From Ginglymostoma cirratum (lineage: Eukaryota): a DNA stretch of 64,000 nt. Under the pieces are notes generated by a model. The model saw only the letters and a list, made by a program, of their open reading frames with translations. It searched no databases and was not told the DNA's origin. Location of the stretch: contig JAHRHZ010000078.1 of NCBI GenBank assembly GCA_024137785.1, positions 15,956,936 through 16,020,935 on the forward strand, in the 5' to 3' direction. The position numbers were made by a program, and so were the translations under genes. How positions within the stretch are numbered: the stretch's first letter is position 1; each line of letters starts with the position of its first letter. Positions 53,768-62,927 of this stretch are shown piece by piece.

Positions 53768-53969
53768 ACAGAGTGTGGAGCTGGAGGAACACAGCAGGCC
53801 AAGCAGCAGCAGAGGATCAGGAAAGTTGACGTTTCTTCAGAAAAAGAAGGGTCTGGTCCTGACCCAAAACATCAACTTTCCTGTTCCTCTGATGTTGCCT
53901 GTCCTGCTGTGTTCCTCCAGCTCCACATTTTATTGTCTCTGACTCCAGCATCGGCAGTTCTTCCTATCT
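53768..53969. mobile_element. Foldback Penelope pLTR inserted in ERV gag
   Basis: Inverted arms gtggagctggaggaacacagcagg..gaaagttgacg and catcaactttcc..cctgctgtgttcctccagctccac. 13-bp TSD CCTGCCAGTGTTA (53755-53767) / CCTGTCAGTGTTA (53970-53982). Confidence 0.85.
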
Positions 53970-54767
53970 CCTGTCAGTGTTACTTTGGAGAGACAGTCCC
54001 TTGCAAAATGGCCTTTGCCATTTCAAACAAAGCATTCTATATCTGGATTACCATATTGTGTGGCGAATACCTCTAGACTGGGATATAGGGACGCCGCATT
54101 TATGGATTTTGAGGATGTTGCCTGATTGGCCCAGCTTAGGATCTTGTGGTAGTTATTGCCAATTGGCAATCCCAGTTGTACAACTTGTTTTATGTTGGAT
54201 CCCACACCGTCTTTCAACATTTGCAATATGGCATCATCATGGTCTGGGTTTCTGAGTCCCCCATATTCACTGTATGCGTTAAAGTTTCATTCAGCATAGT
54301 CTTCAAACAATTCTCCCATCTTTTGCGTTACTAAGGTGATCTGGGTCCAATCGGATCAACTTCGTCAACATAATCATCACATTTTTGATCATCAGTCCAT
54401 CCACGTTGAGTTATCCAGTCCCTGTCCTGATATCCAGGTGGTAGTTGTAACCACCTCGATTTTGGCATTTTGCAATTCACCAGGATCCTTATGTCGTCCA
54501 GGAAGAGATCGTGTGCATCCCTCAGTTCCTGCAGTTTTTCCCAAAATTCTGTATTTGTGAGTTTGCCCTAGGTTTTGGCAGAGTGTCTAACGTCTGTTGT
54601 TTTTCTCCCAGCTGGTCCTGGCATGGAAACCCCTCTGGGCCCAACTTGATGTGTTTGGTGGAGGGGCCTAATATGGAGTGTAGTGGTATTACAGCCCCCT
54701 CCACTGCCTGGCCAGTGATCATCATCAACATCATGTTCATGCTTAGTTCTCTCTGTGTCTAAATCCC

Positions 54768-54794
54768 AATCATCATCATCATCATCATCATCAT
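54768..54794. repeat. (CAT)n trinucleotide repeat, encoding poly-Asp in the gag frame
   Basis: About 8 CAT units; GAT codons on minus are in frame with PPPY. Confidence 0.85.
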
Positions 54795-55451
54795 TCCCTT
54801 CAACTAACTCCCAGGAGCTGCCTGAGTTATTACCTGGGAGTCTTGGTGCTGTTGGGGGCGTATATGGTGGCGGGTTAGACGTGGGGAAAAATCACCCTTA
54901 TGGGGTTTGCTTTGCCTTTTCTTCTGCTTGTTAGATCACAAGGATTTGTTTCTCTGTTTGAGCGTTGTTAAGACTTTGTTTGTATAATGCCGCTATAATT
55001 ACGGCACCTTTCTGAGCTTTATCCTCATTATTCTTCTGACCTAACCACCATGCTTTTTGCTTGGCGGCCATCCTATGCTGGTTCCACCCACCCTTATTTA
55101 TTTCAGCTATGACTTTTTTTATTGACTTCAATGAATGTCTGTAAAATGGATCTACCGGCTCCCAATTATCTGATGGTCCTTTTGCCATCTTACTAAGTTT
55201 TTTAGGCTCGTCCGTCAGCCTGGGTAAACTAGTCTGTCAGTTAACCCTCGTAGTGCTTGCCCATCGGCTACTTTGTGCACTGCTCCCGGACTTTGGATCA
55301 GTGCTCTCCCCGCTCCTTTATGGTTCATTTTACGGGAATATCACGACTTACAGAGCCTAAACTTAGGAGGCGCCTGGTCTAACCTAGTGGGGTAGTAAAG
55401 TAAAAGGTACTCACCCTAATAGCAGCCATATCCTGAAGGTTCAGGCGGAAT

Positions 55452-55469
55452 ACCCTGCTCGCAACACCA
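55452..55469 (-). other. Primer-binding site, tRNA-Ser-like
   Basis: Minus strand TGGTGTTGCGAGCAGGGT is 15/18 to the complement of the vertebrate tRNA-Ser(TGA) 3' end as I recall it (TGGCGCAGCGAGCAGGGT). It sits between the LTR-like sequence and the gag leader. Confidence 0.7.
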
Positions 55470-55471
55470 AT

Positions 55472-55740
55472 CCATAGGAGCGGATTTCAGATGGCCGCAC
55501 AAAATAAAGTGAGAGAGCATCCAGCCAATTCTTTAACCGGTAGCTTTTATTCAAGCAGCAATTGATTACAGCAGGGACAGAATGTGACACAGTCTCGCAG
55601 GATGGCCAAACATTCTCTAATCTGGTCAGACAATCCCTGATTTCTTCTACACTCTGTTGTTCATCCTGCAACAAAATTCAGCCAATCAGGTGCACTTACT
55701 GTTTTTCAGAAGGAGAAGGTACCATATATGGTTAAGCGGC
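55472..55740 (-). mobile_element. ERV 5' LTR (U3 boundary uncertain)
   Basis: Immediately upstream of the PBS. Minus-strand AATAAA at 55546-55551; CCAAT box at 55682-55686. No second LTR found in the window. Confidence 0.55.
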
Positions 55741-56315
55741 AAATTCTAGCCACTCAGCAAACAGAGTCATATGTGACAATGCAACATGCCGCAAAATCAC
55801 ACTCTATTGTTTGCTATCATTTATTATTTTCTTTTAATTCCTCACATTCATCAATGTATTATTTTGAGTTTCACCCTGTTGTCAATTATTTGGTTTTGTG
55901 TTGTGTAAGGTAACTAATGATGCATCATGTGATTTCTATCCAGGCATGTGGGTTCCTCCTCCCATATATCCCTTACTCATTATTTTATTACATTCATGCT
56001 ATTTCGGTTACTGCAGTTTTAATGCTATTTGTATTAACTCTTTCAATTCTTATGCCCATGTTCAAATGTTGGTGCATTAAGAGTCTCGGGTTACTGCCTT
56101 CACACATGTACTGGAAAATATTCATTCCATCACTTAAGCGGTATAAATATGAACAGGTTATAAGATGCACTGAAAGGCGGTTGACAATAGATCTGTAATG
56201 ATGGTTTAGTTGCTTGTCTGCTGCTTTGGTTTTCCTTTGCTTCCTAGTGAGCTAACTTTCTTCTGATTAGCATTTCTTCTATCTTAACCATGATTGAGAA
56301 GATATGTTTGGAGAG

Positions 56316-56366
56316 CTATCCTGTGATGAATCAGATTGTATCTATCCTGTGATGAATCAGATTGTA
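56316..56366 (+). repeat. Perfect tandem duplication, 26-bp period
   Basis: CTATCCTGTGATGAATCAGATTGTA at 56316-56340 and 56342-56366. Confidence 0.95.
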
Positions 56367-56446
56367 ATGATTCAATGATGATCCACCCTGCTATTTTGAT
56401 CAGAATATTATTTTAGCTAACAAGCAAGTATAATATATTTCTTGCA

Positions 56447-56828
56447 GGAAGGTGGGTGAAAGGAAGTGTAGTCTAGGTAGCTGTGGGCTTGAAATAGATA
56501 TCAATTTTGAGGTGGTCACCAGGGATGGAAACAGAGAGGTCCAGGAAGGAGAGAGAGGTATCAGAGATGGTCCAAGTGAACTTGAGGTTGCGGAGAAAGG
56601 TGTTAGTAAAGTTGATGAACTGTTCAAGCTCCTCATGGGAGCATGAGACAGCGCCAATACAGTCATCGATGTAGCTGCAGAAGAGGGACTGTTCCACATA
56701 TCCTATGAAGGTTCCCGACCCGACACATCAGCTTTCCTGCTCCTCTGATGCTGCCTGGCCATCTGCGTTCCTTCAGCTCCACTCTGTGTTATCTCTGACT
56801 CTAGCACCAGCAGTTCTTACTATCTCTG
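56447..56828 (-). mobile_element. Penelope-like RT fragment (minus) joined to an oppositely oriented pLTR
   Basis: YIDDCIGAVSCSHEELEQFINFTNTF..LKFTWTISDTSLSFLDLSVSI..DIYFKPT (YIDD at 56662-56673). The pLTR on + at ~56704-56828 matches 40518-40641. Confidence 0.88.
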
Positions 56829-57577
56829 AGTATAATAGAGTTGTTGTTACTTAGCGTACATGATTACAAATCATAGGATTCCTTAGCAGTTGCATTCTCC
56901 TAAATATGACTTGCAAACTGGCTTAGGGCATGTGAATTGTGCAAAAAAAAATCTAGCCGCACCCTGTATCAAACAGCTTCTGTAAATCCTATTTATATGA
57001 ACTGAGAGTAAGTTGCTTTCTTGTATTTAGATGGCTTAAGGCTTAGTTACACAATTTGAATTCACTGATCTGTGTCATTGCAAAGAATGAATTAGAAACT
57101 GGATTTTGAGTTAATCCAGAGTTGGGTAGCTCATCATAACCAAACTTAATGCAGCTAAGCTTTGTCCAAGCTGAGCATGATTTGTTAGCAAAATGAAAAC
57201 TTGGAGCCGAGATTTTATTTTCCTTTTAACCTTTGAAATCCCATTCATTTTGGATTTCCATTGATTCCTTTTGTCTTTTCTCCCCCTGGGCAAAGATGTC
57301 CTGTGAGTTATCCTGAACAATTACATTGAACTTTTAGACCCCAAGAACTCTTCGAATCACTTTTATTCTAAAGTGAAAGGACAGTGAAGATATGAGCCAT
57401 TCAGCTTCATCTTGCACAAAAATGGTTATTGGCAAGATAATGAGTTTGTTTGCTTGGAATTCACCAGGAACTTCGCTCCTGTAAAATGTTTAGCTGTAGA
57501 CTTAAACATAACATATGCAACATATGGAAAAAATGTAAAGTGCAAATAATGCAAAGCTTTTGTGATACCCCCAAGTT

Positions 57578-58105
57578 ACAAACAAATAAGAAACAAGACT
57601 AGGCCACTTCAGGCCTTCAAAACTGCAACACCGTTCAATAAGATCATGGATGATCTAATTTTAACCTCAGCTCTACCTTCCTGCAAATACCCATTAATCT
57701 TTCATCCCCACGATTATCAAGAATCTATCTGCCTCCTCCTTGACAATATTTAAAGATTCTACATCCACTGCCTTATGAGGAAGGGAATTCCAAGGACTTG
57801 CAACCCTCGGAAATAATTTTTTTTCTCATTTCTGTCTTAAATGAGTGATGCCTTATTTTTAAACTATGAATTTTAAACTAGGAGCCATTCTAGATTCTCG
57901 AACAAGAGGAAACATTCTTTCAAAGTCCACCTGATCAAGTCCCCTCGGGATCTTATATGTTTCGATTAAGTCACCTCTCACTCTTCTAAACTTTAGGGGA
58001 TCCATGCCGGGCCTGTCTAGCCTTTCTTCATAAAATAATCCCCTCATTCCAGGTATTAGTTTGATAAACGGTCTCTCAACAGCTTTAAATGCATTAACAT
58101 CCTTA
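57578..58105 (-). mobile_element. CR1 LINE 3' end
   Basis: Minus ORF MRGLFYEERLDRPGMDPLKFRRVRGDLIETYKIPRGLDQVDFERMFPLVRESR. Confidence 0.88.
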
Positions 58106-59249
58106 CACAGTTGTTGGTTTTACAAAGTGCAATCAACTTTCACGCAGACTTTGAAACCTGAAACTGTTTCACAGACCTGAAACTGGGCATGTGCACATTG
58201 CATGGTTCTGTTTTACAAAAACAGCCTATAATTTTTACGGTGTTTGGGAACCAAGGGTGTATCCCATCATTTTTTAAAATCAGGCACCTGAATCTACACT
58301 TCAGCTGAAAATACTATAGATCTCGGATGGTAGACGACTAGTTGTGAGCTGTGAGGTGTAATTCAGGTTGTGGAGTTTCTGTTTATGTAACAAATACACA
58401 CATTGTATGTTCATTGAACCGGCGCCAAACTTTAATACTAATGTTACATGTCACCTGAAATTGTGCCCTATAGACTGAACTGAACATGCACAGTAACTTA
58501 ATGAGGGCCTTCCTTCCATTTTTGTTTGGTTTCTATCATTTTCTCGTCTTCCTTTTGACCCTTCCCTCTCTTTCCTTTCTATCCCTTGCTCCTCAATCAT
58601 TTTACTTATCTGACTTATTTCTGAAGGACAGTTGAAGCAGAAGCTTAATTCACATCTTGAAACCAGCTGATAATTGGTTGTAATTACATTTATTTTTAAT
58701 TTGAGAAAGCTGTTTGAAGGGCATAGCCCATACAACAAAATACCATCAAAACTGAAAATCAGAAGGGTGTTGAAGTAAATCAATAGGCAATGACAAGATA
58801 GTATCAACTATATGTTTAAAAGCCTACTTTTTGTGGGAAAAGAGAAACCTATTGAACCCAATGAGATGGGGAAACAATGGATTAAAAAATGCTTGCTCCA
58901 AGAAATTACTGAAGATCCTTGAAGAGGAGTGTTTTACAATACAATGAGTTAAGAGCATGAAACAAAAACAATTTCTTTGTGTTGCTATGTTGAAACATTG
59001 CTTTTTGATTAAAGAAAGAAGAGGGAATTTGAAAGGTTGATTGCATTGTATAAAATATGAAACATTAAATTGTTAATGATCATTGCATTACAATGGACGT
59101 AGAATGTGAAAATAAATTGTTTAAATTTCCATTAGTTTCATCCAAACCATATCCAAATGGTTTACTTGAAGAGAAGCGTATCTGGTAATAGAACAAGTAG
59201 TTAAGCAGGTAACTGAAGTTAATTGATTGATTAATTGGAGAACTGAAAC

Positions 59250-59500
59250 GTCAGTGTGGTACTTCAAAAGTGCTGTCACAGGTGCCATTTTGTAAATGTA
59301 ATGTTAAACCAGGTCTGACCTATCGCTTGGCTAGGTGTGAAAAATCCTAAAATGCTATTTGAAAGGGACCAGGAAGCGTTATTGGCATAATTTCTCCCCT
59401 CAATCAATATCATAAACACAGATTAATCAGTTGCTTATTTCCTATTTGTCAGATGTTCGTTTGTGCAAATTGGCTTCCATATTTGCATACCAGTAAATCA
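59250..59500 (+). mobile_element. Ancient DeuSINE-like fragment
   Basis: gtgctgtcacaggtgccatttt..gttaaacc..aaaatcc..gctatttgaa..tttgtgcaaattggct resembles the reverse complement of 36745-37198. Confidence 0.45.
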
Positions 59501-59633
59501 CTTCTGTATCTCAAGGGATGGAAGCAATGTCAATGGAAGTTTTCTAAATGTCACTTGTTGACTATTTTACAATTGTTAAATCATTATTCTCCCACACTAA
59601 AGTTAAACTGCATCAGTGTGATTGTCCTTTGGT

Positions 59634-59767
59634 TTAAGAACCTTATGCAATCATGAAGGATACCACAACAGACCATGATTCATATTTTGGAGAGTCCTGT
59701 GATAGGATGCCTAAAATGTGAATTATGGTCAGTTGTGGTATCCTTCATGATTGCATGAGGCTCTTAA
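59634..59767. repeat. 134-bp near-perfect palindrome (MITE-like / hairpin)
   Basis: 25-bp perfect arms at 59645-59669 and 59732-59756, extending to ~57 bp with 6 mismatches. TTAA at both outer ends. Confidence 0.92.
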
Positions 59768-60543
59768 GTATGATTTGTCTGGTATTAGATCTTCTTTGTA
59801 AATTTGATCTGCTTCATTGATTGTGCTTATTGAAATGAACAGTTTCTTTTGTAATGTTGATGAACAGTCACCGCTGTGCATTTTCTAAATCCAATTTCTG
59901 ACAACCATTCTAGAGGCATGTTGTACACCACATGACTCTGTTCAACCCTACTCTGTGAGTTTTCAAAAAACACAGTCACTCTCTGAAATTAAAGTAATGA
60001 CTGTTCTCTCACTGTTTTATAAATGTTGGCTTTTTTTCCATAAATAGGTACAGTCCTAAAGGTGAAATTACAGTGACATTTCTTTTAAAAAAGGAGCAGG
60101 ATGTAGGACACAAAATTCTTTTCATTTCAAGGAATGTTGTTCCACTGTATAACCTTCTTAAATGGAAAATAACAGTTGGATTCAGTTATATAATATCCTT
60201 GCTTCACAGTGACATAATAATGTACACTACAGCCTAAAGCAAAACTACGAGTATTAAAAATTCTGAAGTAAAAATGAAAAAATGTGCAGCACATTGATCA
60301 TCATCAGAGTGAAAACAACAGAGTACACCATCACTGTCAGTTCTCATGAAAGATTAGAGCAGAAATAATGGTCAGAATCTTGCCATACATCTTGGCAAAG
60401 TGTTGTTTTGATCAAATCTCATGGAAAGTTTCTCTCCAAATGGCCTATTGACAATCATCCCAAAATTATTCCATTAGCTACCTACTCCACTCCTACAACA
60501 CCTCTTTCACCTGAGGATAGCCCAATTGTTCCACTCAATTTAA

Positions 60544-61471
60544 CATCTCAAAGTTCGCAGATGATACCAAGTTGGGTGGGAAGGTGAACAGTGATGAGGA
60601 TGCAGAGAACCTTCAGCATGATCTGGGCAGGTTGGGTGAGTGGGCAAATCAATGGCAGACACAATATAATTTAGATAAATGTGAGGTTATTCCTTTAGAA
60701 GCAAAAACAAGAAAGCAGATTACTACCTGAATGGCTATAAATTGGGAGAGGGGAGTGTGCAGTGGGACCTGGCCATCCTTGTGCACCAGTCACTAAAGGT
60801 AAGCATGCAAGTACAGCAGGCAGAAAAGAATGTTATGTTGGCCTTCATTGCGAGACGTTTCGGGTACAGGAACGGGGATGTGTTGTTGCAGTTATACAGG
60901 GCCTTGGTAAGGCTACACCTAGAATATTCCATGCAGTTTTGGTCTCTTTTGAGGAAGGATGCTCTTCTTCTCGAGGGAGTGTAGCGAAGGTTTACCAGAT
61001 TGATTCCAGGGATGGTAGGACTGCTGTAGGAGGAGAGATGGACTAGCTTGGCATTGTTTTTGCTAGAGTTCAGACAAATGAGAGGGGGGATCTCATAAGG
61101 GCTTTAAAAAATTCCAACAGGACTAGACAGGGCAGATGCAGGGAAGATGTTTCTGATGGTGGGTGTTTCCAGAACCAGGGGTCACAGTATGAAGATTCAG
61201 GATAGACCATTTAGGACGAAGATGAGGAGACATTGCTTCACCAACGCGTTGTGAGCCGTGGAATTCATTACCACAGGAAGTAATTGATGCCAAAACATTG
61301 AATGTATCCAGGACGCAGCTAGATATAGCACTCGGGGCAAATAGGATCAAAGGTTATGGGAAGAAAGCAGGATTAGGCTATTGAGTTGGGCGATCATTCA
61401 TGATTGTGATGAACGGTGGAGCAGGTTCGAAGGCCCTAATGGCATCTTCCTGCTTCTATCTTCTATGTTTC
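60544..61471 (+). mobile_element. CR1 LINE 3' part
   Basis: ISKFADDTKLGGKV (FADD at 60554-60565), VLLQLYRALVRLHLEYSMQFWS, and tail cttctatcttctatgttt. Confidence 0.92.
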
Positions 61472-61569
61472 AAGATAGGTAGAAGTACTCATTATTGTCA
61501 GGATATCCCAGAACAGACTAACATCTCAGGCATTGTCTTTACAGAGCTGCCCTGAAAAGCTGTACGCAC

Positions 61570-62207
61570 TGCCTAAGAAAAACAAAGGGAAATTGGCACC
61601 TCATGTTATTAGCAGGGACCTTGACCTCCTGATGGATGACACGGGAGGGCTGTTGTCTTTCATCTGGAATGCCAGGGAGGACACACTCCCAGATGCTGCC
61701 AACCTGGAACCTGTTCGCCACCCAAACAAAAGTGGTCTGCATAGTTTGAAGGAACAGCAGAGTGAAAGGGGTATGAGGAACATTTAAGCTGACTGCAGGT
61801 GCTCTTTCCTTTTCCCAGAAGACAGGGCAATGTCAGTAGGCACCCTGCAGGAGTGGGAAGTCTCCTCTCGGGGCATCTCCAGAGGTGACCAGACCTTCCA
61901 ACGGAACCCTGCCTGTCTCTGTCAGCCCTGTGCGAGTTCAAGCTGCACCTGTCTCTGGCAAGAATAAGTTTAGCACTGCCCTCTGGACAAACATGCTCCT
62001 GGGGTCACTTGCCAAGCCTCAAAGGCCAACAAGCCCCACTGTAAAGCAGATTCCCTCCATCCAAACTGTGGAACCCAGGTCTGCACATAGATGTAGCGGT
62101 GGAGAAGAAAAGAAGGAGATGTTAAGAGGTCACATAAATAGCACGAGTGACACTTCATTGTATGTTCTCACTTTTGTTAAGAGGTGTTCTGTCCTCCCCA
62201 TCATCTG
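61570..62207 (+). pseudogene. Myb/SANT-like (trihelix, NAIF1/MSANTD-type) Harbinger accessory gene relic
   Basis: KKNKGKLAPHVISRDLDLLMD, then after a frameshift PTWNLFATQTKVVCIV*R, then QQSERGMRNI, with a GT donor at 61799-61800. This resembles the APRF(S)xxDLExL..W..VA..VS..R..QC.K..ND pattern. Possible second exon near 62090-62207 (VLTF..). Confidence 0.5.
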
Positions 62208-62422
62208 TAAGTGAGTCTCTGTCTGGCTGCGAATGCATCATTGATGGTAAGGAACACATCTATCCCTATCTCTACACAATGTTTCATGAACCAAGATGTG
62301 AAGTGAGCAGCTCCTGCAGCTGACTATGACTTTGACAAGTAGGCTCCATTTTTTCCAGTGGTAGAGTTTTTGTGATCGTATCATAGGCATTTGTGGGGTT
62401 CGGTTTTTATCTTGCCTGATAT

Positions 62423-62525
62423 CTGAAGAAGAGTCATATCAGACTTGAAATGCTAACTCTGTTTCTCTCTCCACAGCTGCTGTCAGGCCTGCTGAGTTTC
62501 CCTGGCACTTTCTGTTTTATTTCCA
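62423..62525 (+). mobile_element. Penelope-derived tail with hammerhead-like core
   Basis: CTGAAGAAGAGTCATATCAGACTTGAAATG followed by tctctctccacag..ctgctgagtttcc. Confidence 0.65.
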
Positions 62526-62632
62526 TGAGAGTGTTTAGTGTGAGGAGTTGGATTACAAACAGCAGGCTCATGTCTAAGAATCACATTGAATTTAATTCTC
62601 ATAGATATGTTTCAGCTTCAGCGTTTATCATT

Positions 62633-62927
62633 GGTGGCATAGTAGCACAATGGTTAGCACTGTTGCCTCACAGCGCCGAGGACCTGGGTCCAATTCCACC
62701 CTTGGGCAACTCTATGTGCAAAGTTTGAATTTTTTCCCTGTGTCTGTGTGGGTTTCCTTTGGGTGCTCCGGTTTCCTCCCACAGTGCAAGCCAGGTGGAT
62801 TAGCCAAGGGAAATGCAGAGTTACAGGGATAGTAGTAGGGCGGTGGGTGTGGGTGGGATGCTCTTTTGAGAGACAGTGTGGACTCGATGGGCTGAATGAC
62901 CTGCTTCCACACTGCAGGGATTCTATG
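62633..62927 (+). mobile_element. HE1-type (V-SINE) SINE, near full length
   Basis: Pol III A box TAGCACAATGG (62643-62653) and B-box-like GGTCCAATTCC (62687-62697). Core gggtttcctttgggtgctccggtttcctcccacag; CR1-like tail gggattctatg. Confidence 0.88.

Larger units (their letters stand above)
53501..55188 (-). pseudogene. Endogenous retrovirus gag (decayed)
   Basis: ATG at 55188 (MAKGPSDNWE..). In-frame PPPYTPPTAP at 54873-54844, then a poly-Asp tract. CCHC knuckle CGNCGKKGHRKQQC at 53723-53682. Multiple stops. Confidence 0.82.

Noticed and set aside
62633-62710. tRNA gene
   Set aside because: The A/B boxes are the head of an HE1-type SINE; the same applies to 28250 and 39690.
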